Below, one piece after another: positions 26,322 to 34,197 of a DNA stretch of 64,000 bases (positions are counted from its first letter, which is position 1; each line of letters starts with the position of its first letter). Origin of the DNA: Burkholderiales bacterium (GTDB taxonomy: Bacteria > Pseudomonadota > Gammaproteobacteria > Burkholderiales > SG8-39). The stretch lies in NCBI GenBank assembly GCA_035500055.1, contig DATJXO010000043.1, forward strand, positions 245 through 64,244, read 5' to 3'. The notes under the pieces are model-generated. The model was given only the letters and a program-made list of their open reading frames with translations. It was not told the origin of the DNA and did not search any database. A program made the translations under genes and the position numbers.

Positions 26322-26324
26322 CGC

Positions 26325-27626
26325 TTGAAGGCCGTACCGAAGGTCGGCTTCGTCTCGCTGGGCTGCCCCAAGGCGCTGGTCGACTCCGAGCGGATCCTCA
26401 CGCAGCTGCGCGCGGAGGGCTACGCCACCGCGCCCGACTACGCGGGTGCCGACCTCGTCATCGTCAACACCTGCGGCTTCATCGGCAGCGCGGTCGAGGA
26501 GTCGCTCGGCGCGATCGGCGAGGCGCTGGCGGAAAACGGCAAGGTCGTCGTCACGGGTTGCCTGGGGGCCAAGGCCGATCTGATCACAAGCGCTCACCCC
26601 GCGGTTCTCGCGGTCACCGGCCCGCACGACGCGCCGGCGGTCATGAAGGCCGTGCACGCCCATCTTCCGAGGCCCCACGATCCCTACACCGACCTCATTC
26701 CTCCGCAAGGCATCAAGCTCACGCCGAAGCACTACGCGTACCTGAAGATCTCGGAGGGCTGCAACCACCGCTGCACGTTCTGCATCATCCCCTCCATGCG
26801 CGGCGACCTCGTCTCGCGGCCGATCGGCGAGGTGATGCGCGAAGCGGAGAACCTGGTGAAGGCAGGCGTCAAGGAGCTGCTGGTCATCTCCCAGGACACG
26901 AGCGCATACGGAGTCGACGTGAAATTCATGACCGGCTTCCACCATGGCCGGCCGGTGAAGACGAAATTCGATCAGCTTTGCCGATCCCTTGCCGGGCTGG
27001 GTGTCTGGATAAGGCTCCACTACGTCTATCCCTACCCGCACGTCGACGAGGTCGTCCCGCTGATGGCCGAAGGAAAGATCCTTCCCTACCTCGACATCCC
27101 TTTCCAGCACGCAAGCCCGCGGATCCTCAGGCTGATGAAGCGCCCCGCGAGCGCCGAGAAGGTGCTCGACCGGATCGGGGCCTGGCGGGTGGCGTGCCCG
27201 GAGATCGCGATCCGCAGCACCTTCATCGTCGGCTTTCCGGGCGAAACGGAAGCGGAATTCGAGGAGCTGCTGGCGTTCCTGCGGGAGGCGCAGCTCGACC
27301 GCGTCGGTTGTTTCGAGTATTCGCCGGTCGAGGGGGCTGCGGCGAATGCGCTGCCCGACCCCGTGCCAGAGGCGGAAAGGGCGCGCCGCAGGACGGAATT
27401 CATGAAGGTGCAGGCGCGGATCAGCCGCAGGAAGCTGAAGGGGAAGGTGGGGAAGACGCTGCAGGTCCTCGTGGACGAGCCGGGCATCGGTCGATCCACC
27501 GCCGATGCGCCGGAGATCGACGGGCGGGTTTACTTCAAGAGTCTTCCAGGAATAAAGCCTGGAGAATTCACTCAATTGCGCATCGAACGAAGCGACGCGC
27601 ACGACCTTTTCGGGAGACTGGCATGA
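26325..27626 (+). CDS. rimO: ribosomal protein S12 methylthiotransferase RimO
   Basis: MTTase N-domain ([16 protein letters not shown]...VNTCGF) and radical-SAM motif [15 protein letters not shown], with a TRAM-like C-terminus. TTG start. Confidence 0.9.
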   Translation: MKAVPKVGFVSLGCPKALVDSERILTQLRAEGYATAPDYAGADLVIVNTCGFIGSAVEESLGAIGEALAENGKVVVTGCLGAKADLITSAHPAVLAVTGPHDAPAVMKAVHAHLPRPHDPYTDLIPPQGIKLTPKHYAYLKISEGCNHRCTFCIIPSMRGDLVSRPIGEVMREAENLVKAGVKELLVISQDTSAYGVDVKFMTGFHHGRPVKTKFDQLCRSLAGLGVWIRLHYVYPYPHVDEVVPLMAEGKILPYLDIPFQHASPRILRLMKRPASAEKVLDRIGAWRVACPEIAIRSTFIVGFPGETEAEFEELLAFLREAQLDRVGCFEYSPVEGAAANALPDPVPEAERARRRTEFMKVQARISRRKLKGKVGKTLQVLVDEPGIGRSTADAPEIDGRVYFKSLPGIKPGEFTQLRIERSDAHDLFGRLA

Positions 27627-28810
27627 GCACACGCGAAGTGGTGGTGGTGAGCGGGGCGAGGACGGCAATCGGGGACTACGGCGGGTCGCTGAAGGACGTG
27701 GCGCCGACCGGGCTCGGCGCGATCGCGATCCGTGAGGCGGTCGCGCGCGCCAAGGTCGACCCTGCGGCGGTCGGGCACGTCGTCATGGGCAGCGTGATCC
27801 ACGGCGAGGCGCGCGACATGTACCTGTCGCGCGTCGCGGCGGTCGACGCCGGACTGCCGGTCGGAACGCCGTGCCTCACGGTGAACCGGCTGTGCGGCAG
27901 CGGCCTGCAGGCGATCGTCTCGGCGGCGCAGCACATCCTGCTCGGCGACACCGAGCTGGTCGTCGGCGGCGGCGCCGAGAGCATGAGCCGCGCGGCGTAT
28001 TTCCTGCCGGCGGCGCGCTGGGGCCAGCGCATGGGCGACGAGCCGGCGCTGGACGCGATGACCGGCGCGCTGCATGATCCCTTCGGCCACGGCCACATGG
28101 GGGTGACGGCCGAGAACATCGCGGCCAAGTTCGGCTTCACGCGCGAGCAGCAGGACGCCTTCGCGCTGGAATCGCACAGGCGCGCGGCGAGCGCCATCGA
28201 GAAGGGCTTCTTCGCCGACCAGATAACGCCCATCGAAATAAGGACGCGGAAGGGCATGGAGAAATTCGCGCGCGACGAGCACGTGCGCAAGGACGCGAAG
28301 GCCGCGGACCTGCAGAAGCTAAAGGCGGTGTTCAAGAAGGACGGCACCGTCACCGCGGGCAACGCCTCGGGCCTGAACGACGCGGGCGCGGCGATCGTCA
28401 TGTGCAGCTCGGAATTCGCGAAGCAGAAGAACCTGAAGCCCATGGCGCGGCTTGTTGCTTACTCTCACGCCGGCGTCGAGCCGCAGGTGATGGGCCTCGG
28501 GCCGATCCCGGCGGTGAAGCGCGTGTTCGAGAAGACCGGCCTCAAGCCCGCCGACATGGACGTGATCGAGTCGAACGAAGCGTTCGCCGCGCAGGCGATG
28601 GCGGTCACGAAGGACCTCGGGCTAGACCCGGCGAAGGTCAACCCGAACGGCGGTGCGGTGGCGCTCGGCCACCCCATCGGCGCTACTGGCGCGATCCTTA
28701 CCGTGAAGGCGCTTTACGAGCTGCAAAGGACGCAGACGCGCTACGCGCTGGTCACCATGTGCATCGGCGGCGGGCAGGGCATCGCCGCGATCTTCGAGCG
28801 ACTGCACTAG
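27623..28810 (+). CDS. acetyl-CoA acetyltransferase / beta-ketothiolase (second thiolase, BktB-like)
   Basis: ATG 27623 overlaps the rimO stop (ATGA). [48 protein letters not shown] and [13 protein letters not shown] motifs. Confidence 0.85.
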   Translation: MSTREVVVVSGARTAIGDYGGSLKDVAPTGLGAIAIREAVARAKVDPAAVGHVVMGSVIHGEARDMYLSRVAAVDAGLPVGTPCLTVNRLCGSGLQAIVSAAQHILLGDTELVVGGGAESMSRAAYFLPAARWGQRMGDEPALDAMTGALHDPFGHGHMGVTAENIAAKFGFTREQQDAFALESHRRAASAIEKGFFADQITPIEIRTRKGMEKFARDEHVRKDAKAADLQKLKAVFKKDGTVTAGNASGLNDAGAAIVMCSSEFAKQKNLKPMARLVAYSHAGVEPQVMGLGPIPAVKRVFEKTGLKPADMDVIESNEAFAAQAMAVTKDLGLDPAKVNPNGGAVALGHPIGATGAILTVKALYELQRTQTRYALVTMCIGGGQGIAAIFERLH

Positions 28811-28853
28811 CAACGGCGTCAACCCGCAGCGCGCCCCGCCCGTTTGGCGGGCG

Positions 28854-29156
28854 ATGGAGACCCGCGCCACCCTGCGCCCGGGGCAGAAGGGCACCTGGAA
28901 GCTCGTCGAGCGCTTCGGCGAGCGCCTCGTGTGCGTGCGCTACCTCTACGACGCGGGCTCGGGCCGCCGCTTCAAGACCGTCGAACTGATCGTTTCGTCC
29001 GCTCCCTGGCGCCCGCGGCTCCGCCGTCCGCGCCGGCGGGACGACGAGATAATCGCCGTGCGCATCGCGTACCACGAGACCGAATTACGCGAGCGCGCCA
29101 AGCGCCTGGGCGCCGTCTGGCGTCCGCAGCCTACGAGGAGCGGACTGGAATTCTAG
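28854..29156 (+). CDS. conserved hypothetical protein (RPGQKGT...CVRY.YD family), C-terminus apparently replaced
   Basis: METRATLRPGQKGTWKLVERFGERLVCVRYLYD...VRIAYHETELRERAKRLGAVWRP matches a small conserved family I recall. That family normally continues about 20 aa past the WRP motif. Here the reading frame ends PTRSGLEF* exactly at the islet junction. Confidence 0.5.
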   Translation: METRATLRPGQKGTWKLVERFGERLVCVRYLYDAGSGRRFKTVELIVSSAPWRPRLRRPRRRDDEIIAVRIAYHETELRERAKRLGAVWRPQPTRSGLEF

Positions 29157-29455
29157 TAAAGCGTGGCATTGCGCTCTGGGATGTGATCGAGTCGTGCGAA
29201 CGCGATGGCAGCACGGACGCGAAGATCATCGCTAGCTCTATTGCTGTGAATGACTTCGACTCTTTCCTGGTCAAGCACGACGATATCAGGCGCATCTATC
29301 TCAATGGAGCAGCGGCTGAGCGGAACTTCACGCGACGCGTGGCTCTCCCGATCCGGTCTCATCCGACACTGGTGCGCCGTCTGCCATCGACGAGCCCGGC
29401 CAATACCACCGCGACTTATGAGCGCAAGCGCGCAGCATGGCGAGTCGTGAGATGA
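29156..29455 (+). pseudogene. 5'-truncated DNA-deoxyinosine (hypoxanthine) glycosylase-like fragment, UDG superfamily
   Basis: VKRGIALWDVIESCERDGSTDAKI...NDFDSFLVKHDDIRRIYLNGAAAERNF...LPSTSPAN matches only the C-terminal ~100 aa of this ~170-aa family. There is no start codon. The upstream part of track ORF 28844..29455 is just an alternate frame of the preceding gene. Confidence 0.55.
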
Positions 29456-29551
29456 GGCCCAACCCAGCAATCGACCGGAGCGCCCAACAGCGTAACCGCT
29501 GTTGGGTACCCGTCGCACGCTGCGCGACGGCGCCCGGTCATTGCCCACGTT

Positions 29552-29929
29552 ATGGCGCATAGACGGATTCTCGACTATGTACTTGGGCGCCACTATTGCC
29601 CTGCGTGCGGGAGAGCCGCTGGGTTCAGGCGCGACGCGACACACAACGAGCGCAAGGTGCGGTGGTATCTACCTGCGCCCGTCCGCACTTCGTGCAACTC
29701 CTGTGGCGCGGAAGTCCGAGGTCAGATGGCGCCTGGAATTTGGGTCGCCCTGCCCTTTTGGGGCGCGCTAGTGGCCGGAGCAGCCTTCGGGTTCCGAGCA
29801 CTCAGAGATTCCGGCGTCATCTCTGGCAATATCGTCCAGACGTTAGTCCTGATGGCACTGGTGATCTTCTCCGCCGGCTGTCTAGTTCAAGTGTTTCTCC
29901 GCTACAAGGTGGTCTCCGATGCGCCATAA
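29552..29929 (+). CDS. hypothetical zinc-ribbon (CxxC...CxxC) membrane protein
   Basis: 125 aa with CPACG...CNSCG followed by two hydrophobic helices (IWVALPFWGALVAGAAFGF and IVQTLVLMALVIFSAGCLVQVFL). Low-GC codon usage, no family recognised, no clear SD. Confidence 0.45.
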   Translation: MAHRRILDYVLGRHYCPACGRAAGFRRDATHNERKVRWYLPAPVRTSCNSCGAEVRGQMAPGIWVALPFWGALVAGAAFGFRALRDSGVISGNIVQTLVLMALVIFSAGCLVQVFLRYKVVSDAP

Positions 29930-29988
29930 CAGCGCAGCTCACGCGGACGCGGAACCTCATCCGATAGCGTGGATAGGCAAACCTAACG
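29927..29988 (+). repeat. islet repeat unit A1 (TAAC-N18-GCGGAACCTCATCCGATAGCGTGGA...ACCTAACG)
   Basis: Begins in the stop codon of the preceding ORF. The 40-nt core at 29949-29988 is 31/40 identical to 30752-30791, with the same 18-nt spacing from TAAC. Confidence 0.7.
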
Positions 29989-30130
29989 CTCAAGGGCGGC
30001 ACTGGTACTAACTGTGACGGTTGCTGGCGTTATCTCGGTGGAGAGCTCGCGGTTGCGTTCTTCCTCTCTACAAAGCAGGCTTTGGGGAACGTCGTCGCAC
30101 CTAATGCTCGCCAGTGTTCCCGGTGCCCTT

Positions 30131-30186
30131 CCTAACGTATATTCTTCAGAGTGAAGGTGTCCACTAAATCGGATGAAGATCACCGG
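30131..30186 (-). repeat. islet repeat, inverted arm B (CCTAACG...GGTGTCCACTAAATCGGATGAAGATCACCGG)
   Basis: The reverse complement of 30155-30186 (…CTTCATCCGATTTAGTGGACACCT) matches the A2 core 20/24 and the A1 core 16/24. It is preceded by a CCTAACG copy at 30131-30137. Confidence 0.65.
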
Positions 30187-30266
30187 CGGCGAGCGTCGCG
30201 CCAATTGACCAAACGTTCGTGCGGGCCGGCCGCACAGCACGACGTTAGGTTGCTGTTGGACGCGCG

Positions 30267-30539
30267 ATGCTGATATTTGAATGGGATCCAGAGAAGGCTC
30301 GTGAAAACGAGCAGAAGCATGGCATCAGCTTCTTTGAAGCATCGGAGGTGTTCGACGATGACCATTCATCGTCTGTTCGAGACCCCGATCACTCAATCGA
30401 TGAGGCTCGTTACCTCATCTTCGGAATGTCCAGACAGGGCCGCTACCTGGTTGTATCCTATGCTGAACGTGGAGACCGAATCCGGTTGATCTCCGCTCGA
30501 CAGATGACTTCGCGGGAGCGAAGAGCTTATGAAGAGTGA
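30267..30539 (+). CDS. brnT: BrnT family (DUF497) toxin
   Basis: MLIFEWDPEKARENEQKHGISFFEASEVFDD...RYLIFGMSRQGRYLVVSYAERGDRIRLISARQMTSRERRAYE is a textbook DUF497/BrnT pattern. Confidence 0.85.
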   Translation: MLIFEWDPEKARENEQKHGISFFEASEVFDDDHSSSVRDPDHSIDEARYLIFGMSRQGRYLVVSYAERGDRIRLISARQMTSRERRAYEE

Positions 30540-30732
30540 AAAAGACACGCTGAGAGACGAGTACCCAGAGAACCTGATTAAGTCAGGTGTTCGAGGTAAG
30601 TACGTGAAGGCCTATCGCGAGGGTACGAACGTAGTCTTGATTGACCCGGACCTGCACAAGCTTTTCCCGGATTCCAAAGCTGTCAACCGTGCTCTCCGCG
30701 ACTACGTTGAGAAGAAGCGCACAGCAACCTAA
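30529..30732 (+). CDS. putative cognate antitoxin (BrnA-like, RHH-type C-terminus)
   Basis: 67 aa, overlapping brnT by 11 nt. GVRGKYVKAYREGTNVVLIDPDLHKLFPDSKAVNRALRDYV resembles small antitoxins found downstream of DUF497 toxins. Confidence 0.6.
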   Translation: MKSEKDTLRDEYPENLIKSGVRGKYVKAYREGTNVVLIDPDLHKLFPDSKAVNRALRDYVEKKRTAT

Positions 30733-30791
30733 CCCCAGGCCCCAGGCGGCCGCGGAACCTCATTCGATAAAGTGGACACCTCGACCTAACG
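30730..30791 (+). repeat. islet repeat unit A2 (TAAC-N18-GCGGAACCTCATTCGATAAAGTGGACACCTCGACCTAACG)
   Basis: Begins in the antitoxin stop codon, which lies inside ACCTAAC at 30727-30733. The arm at 30773-30782 can pair with 30798-30807, leaving ACCTAACG in a 15-nt loop. Confidence 0.7.
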
Positions 30792-30868
30792 ATTGAGGAG
30801 GTGTTCATGGCAAGCGTCCCCCGATTTAGTCAACGGAACGTCCCGGCTGGCGTTGGTTGTAGGCAGCC

Positions 30869-31096
30869 ATGCCGGAGCTCGATCGCCTCAAGGAGCAACT
30901 CGTCTATCTGAGGTTCTGGCTCGGAATAATGGTCGTCACGGAAATCACGCTGGTCGGCTGGCTCATCTCAACGCCCACCGATACGAACCCGACGCTCTGG
31001 TTTGTCGGGGCATTCGGTGCCGTGCTGCTTGGCGTCTCCATTTTCCCTGTGCATCGACAGGTCGAGCGTCGCATCGATCAAATAGGTAAACTGTAG
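30869..31096 (+). CDS. hypothetical small membrane protein (two TM helices)
   Basis: 75 aa: MPELDRLKEQLVYLRFWLGIMVVTEITLVGWLI...LWFVGAFGAVLLGVSIFPV. No SD and no family recognised. Confidence 0.4.
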   Translation: MPELDRLKEQLVYLRFWLGIMVVTEITLVGWLISTPTDTNPTLWFVGAFGAVLLGVSIFPVHRQVERRIDQIGKL

Positions 31097-31099
31097 GCC

Positions 31100-31183
31100 G
31101 TGGAAGTTCTTGCCGGCATTCTTCTCTTGGCGGTCGTGGTGCTGTTCGTCGGCATCGCGCTCGACGCCGCCTACCACAAGTAG
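31100..31183 (+). CDS. candidate 27-aa single-TM micro-ORF
   Basis: GTG lies 3 nt after the stop of the previous ORF. Product (M)EVLAGILLLAVVVLFVGIALDAAYHK. Below the ORF-track threshold and purely sequence-derived. Confidence 0.2.
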   Translation: MEVLAGILLLAVVVLFVGIALDAAYHK

Positions 31184-31241
31184 TCTCTGCCAGCGGCACG
31201 AGCCGGGGAAAACTTCCCGATCGAGATGTTTTGTGCCCCGG

Positions 31242-32312
31242 CTATTTGCCGGAGAGCTCGGCGATGCGGCGCTTGGCCTCGGCGGCGAACTGGCCGTTGG
31301 GGAACTGCTCGAGGTAAAGCGACAGCTCGTCGGGATCCTCGCTGTCCTTCACCTCGTTCCAGAACTCCTTCTCCGCCTCGTCGCTCTGCGCGGGGGCGGC
31401 GGCAGGCGCGGCGGCCGCCTTCGCCGGCGCCACCGTGGTGAGCTGGATCGGGGCCTCGCCGGCCTCCTCCGGCGGCTTGCCGTGCAGCACGCGGTCGAGC
31501 GCTTCGGCGAACTTGCGCGCGGTGGCGTAGCGCTTGTCGGGCTCCTTGGCGAGCGCTTTGGCCACCACGCGGTCGATCTCGGGCGGGATTTGCACCAGCC
31601 GCGAGGGCCAGACCGGATCCTCGGTGATGATCATCGCCTGCAGGCCCCACTGGTTGCCCGCCTCGAACGGCTTCTTGCCGGTGAGCAGCTGGTAGAAGAC
31701 CGCGCCCGCGGAGAAGACGTCGCTGCGCCGGTCGATCGGCATGCCCTGGATCTGCTCGGGCGACATGTAGGAGGGCGTGCCGATCACGGCGCCGACGCGC
31801 GTCGCCTCGGCCTGCGGGCCCTCCGGGTCGTTGACGCGCGCGACGCCGAAGTCGGCCAGCTTGGCGTGCCCGCCGGCGTCGATCATGACGTTGGCGGGCT
31901 TGACGTCGCGGTGGATGATCCCGGCCTCGTGCGCGCAATCGAGCGCGTCGAGCAGCTCCATCATGATGCGGAAGATTGTGCGCAGGTCGAAGCGCTCGCC
32001 CTTCTCGAAGTAGTCCAGCAGCTCGCGCCCCTGCACGTACTCCATGACGATGTAGGCCAGCTCGCCCTCGGCGCCGAAGTCGTACACCTGGATGATGTTG
32101 CGGTGGTTCAGCCGCGCCACCGCGCGCACCTCGCGCTCGAAGCGCACCTGCACCATGCGCGCGGCCTCGGCGTCGAGCTTGCGCGTGAGGATGGTCTTGA
32201 TCGCGACGCGGCGGTCGAGGTTCGGGTCGAGGCCGTCGTAGACGAGGCCCATCGCGCCCTTGCCGAGGACGCCGTTGATCTTGTATCGACCGAGCGTTTG
32301 GGGTTCGTTCAC
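31242..32312 (-). CDS. Hanks-type serine/threonine protein kinase (soluble)
   Basis: Motifs GKGAMGLVY, AIK, HRDVKPANVMI, DFG and GTPSYMSPE. The C-terminal tail is FWNEVKDSEDPDELSLYLEQFPNGQFAAEAKRRIAEL. Confidence 0.9.
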   Translation of the reverse strand: MNEPQTLGRYKINGVLGKGAMGLVYDGLDPNLDRRVAIKTILTRKLDAEAARMVQVRFEREVRAVARLNHRNIIQVYDFGAEGELAYIVMEYVQGRELLDYFEKGERFDLRTIFRIMMELLDALDCAHEAGIIHRDVKPANVMIDAGGHAKLADFGVARVNDPEGPQAEATRVGAVIGTPSYMSPEQIQGMPIDRRSDVFSAGAVFYQLLTGKKPFEAGNQWGLQAMIITEDPVWPSRLVQIPPEIDRVVAKALAKEPDKRYATARKFAEALDRVLHGKPPEEAGEAPIQLTTVAPAKAAAAPAAAPAQSDEAEKEFWNEVKDSEDPDELSLYLEQFPNGQFAAEAKRRIAELSGK

Positions 32313-32358
32313 CGCGTAATTCCTGCGAAGCGCCGGCCGCTACGCGCGCCGGCCGGGA

Positions 32359-32649
32359 CTACGGTTCGACGTCGACGCCCTTCCAGAACGCGACGAAGCC
32401 TGCGATGTTCTCCGCCGCAGGCTTGGTCACCGGGTAGTACCAGGCTGCGTCCCTGTTGACGGCGTCCTCCACCACCACGTCGTAGTAGCTCGCCGTACCC
32501 TTCCAGGGGCAGACGCTGTGCGTCCGCGACTCGCGCAGGTAGGTCCTGTCGACCTTGCCCGGCGGGAAGTAGATGTTGCCCTCGACCCGCTCGACTTCGT
32601 CTTCCTCCGCCTCGGCGAGCAGCGCGCCATTCCAGGTGGCCTTCGGCAT
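32359..32649 (-). CDS. DUF427 domain-containing protein
   Basis: 96 aa with ...VERVEGNIYFPP...SVCPWKGTASYYDVVV...AAWYY, typical of DUF427. Confidence 0.8.
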   Translation of the reverse strand: MPKATWNGALLAEAEEDEVERVEGNIYFPPGKVDRTYLRESRTHSVCPWKGTASYYDVVVEDAVNRDAAWYYPVTKPAAENIAGFVAFWKGVDVEP

Positions 32650-32707
32650 GCCGCGATTCTAGCCCGAGGGCCGAGGCAGCGCGGCCCGGTCCCGCTTCGC
32701 GGCGGGT

Positions 32708-34195
32708 CTAGGCGCCGCCGCCCTCCGGCCGCATGTGCGGGAAGAGAATTACGTCACGGATCGAGGGGCTGTCGGTGAGCAGCATGACGAGACGGTCGAT
32801 GCCGAGCCCGCCGCCGGCGGCGGGCGGCATCCCGTACTCCAGGGCGCGGACGTAATCGGCGTCGTAGTACATCGCCTCCTGGTCGCCCGCGTCCTTGAGG
32901 CGCGCCTGCTCGCGGAAGCGCGCCGCCTGGTCCTCGGGGTCGTTCAGCTCGGAGAAGCCGTTGGCGATTTCCTTGGCGTCGATGAACAGCTCGAAGCGCT
33001 CGACCAGCTCCGGGTCGCGGTCGCTGCGGCGCGCAAGCGGCGAGACCTCGGCGGGAAATTCGGTGACGAAGGTCGGCTGCACGAGGTGCTTCTCGGCGAG
33101 CGCCTCGAATAGCATCAGCTGCAGCGAGCCCCAGCCGTGCTCGCCCTTGGCCTCGACCTGGAGCTCCCGCAGCTTGCGCGACAGGAAGGCGCGATCCCTG
33201 AGGTCGCCGCCGCGGCAGCGCGCGTCGCCGTATTTGCGGATCGCCTCCGGCATCGGCAGCCGCGCGAACGGCGCGCCGAAGTCGAGCGTCTTGCCCTGGT
33301 AGGCGACCGCCCCGGAATCCGCCGCGCTCCTCGCGGCCGCGCGCACCAGCTTCTCGGTGTGCGCCATCATGTACTCGCAGTCCTCGTAGGCGCAGTACCA
33401 CTCCATCATCGTGAACTCGGGGTTGTGCCGCGTCGAGATGCCCTCGTTCCTGAAGTTGCGGTTGATCTCGAATACCTTCTCCATGCCGCCCACCACCAGG
33501 CGCTTGAGGTACAGCTCCGGCGCGATGCGCAGGTACAGGTCCATGTCGAGGGCGTTGTGGTGCGTCCTGAACGGCCGCGCCACCGCGCCGCCGGGGATCG
33601 GCTGCATCATCGGCGTCTCGACCTCGAGGTACCCGTCCGCCTTCATGGCCGCGCGCAGCGCCTCGATGATCCTTATTCTCTTTTCGAAGACCTGCCGGGT
33701 GGGCGCCGAGACGATGAGATCCACGTAGCGCTGGCGGTACTTCATCTCCTGATCGGCGATGCCGTGGAACTTCTCCGGCAGCGGGCGCAGCGCCTTCACC
33801 AGGATCCTGACCGCGGTCGCGTGAATCGTCAGTTCCCCGGTCTTGGTCCTGAAGAGAAAGCCCGAGACGCCGAGCACGTCGCCGAGGTCCCAATGCTTGA
33901 AATCCTCGTAATTCTTCACCTCGCTGGAGACGTAGATCTGGATGCGGCCGGAGCCGTCCTGCAGCGTCGCGAAGCTCGCCTTGCCCATGACGCGCTTCAG
34001 CACCATGCGGCCGGCGACGGTCGCGGCCGGCTTGAGGCCCTCCAGCTCTTCCTTCGACCTTCCGGCATGCGCCGCCTGCAGGGCGGCCGCGAGGTCCTCG
34101 CGGCGGAAATCGTTCGGAAACGCGGTGCCCTGCGCGCGCAGCGCCTTCAGCTTCTCGCGGCGCTCCTCGACCAGCTTGTTTTCGTCCTGCTCCAT
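32708..34195 (-). CDS. lysS: lysine--tRNA ligase (class II)
   Basis: Lies inside ORF 32708..34438. ATG 34195 ([20 protein letters not shown]). Motifs [20 protein letters not shown] and [13 protein letters not shown]. Confidence 0.92.
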   Translation of the reverse strand: MEQDENKLVEERREKLKALRAQGTAFPNDFRREDLAAALQAAHAGRSKEELEGLKPAATVAGRMVLKRVMGKASFATLQDGSGRIQIYVSSEVKNYEDFKHWDLGDVLGVSGFLFRTKTGELTIHATAVRILVKALRPLPEKFHGIADQEMKYRQRYVDLIVSAPTRQVFEKRIRIIEALRAAMKADGYLEVETPMMQPIPGGAVARPFRTHHNALDMDLYLRIAPELYLKRLVVGGMEKVFEINRNFRNEGISTRHNPEFTMMEWYCAYEDCEYMMAHTEKLVRAAARSAADSGAVAYQGKTLDFGAPFARLPMPEAIRKYGDARCRGGDLRDRAFLSRKLRELQVEAKGEHGWGSLQLMLFEALAEKHLVQPTFVTEFPAEVSPLARRSDRDPELVERFELFIDAKEIANGFSELNDPEDQAARFREQARLKDAGDQEAMYYDADYVRALEYGMPPAAGGGLGIDRLVMLLTDSPSIRDVILFPHMRPEGGGA

Positions 34196-34197
34196 GC

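Noticed and set aside
24885-27668. 927-aa antisense ORF across phaB2-phaR-rimO. The same applies to 47695..49971, 59734..61704, 62105..63928, 37916..39409, 40540..42219 and 53786..56569 (upstream part)
   Set aside because: Each is antisense or out of frame relative to genes with clear catalytic motifs. None shows any motif of its own.
28844-29455. 203-aa ORF read as one intact gene
   Set aside because: Its first ~100 codons are merely the +2 frame of the conserved ORF 28854..29156. Only the last ~100 aa have family similarity (glycosylase), so I call it a 5'-truncated fragment instead.
29983-30240. 85-aa minus-strand ORF (and 29153..29644, 163 aa) inside the islet
   Set aside because: No motifs and odd composition. 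They run antisense through the repeat elements and the glycosylase fragment, and there is no SD. I treat 29990-30250 as ORF-less repeat or spacer DNA. This is low certainty.
29482-30858. Calling the islet repeats a CRISPR array or a canonical integron
   Set aside because: There are only three arm copies, one of them inverted, with unequal spacing of about 200-600 bp containing ORFs. That is not CRISPR. There is no intI or attI in the window. The RYYYAAC/GTTRRRY heptamers are not all at the base of the predicted stems, so a canonical attC call is not justified without a covariance-model test. I keep it as a finding, not as a feature call.
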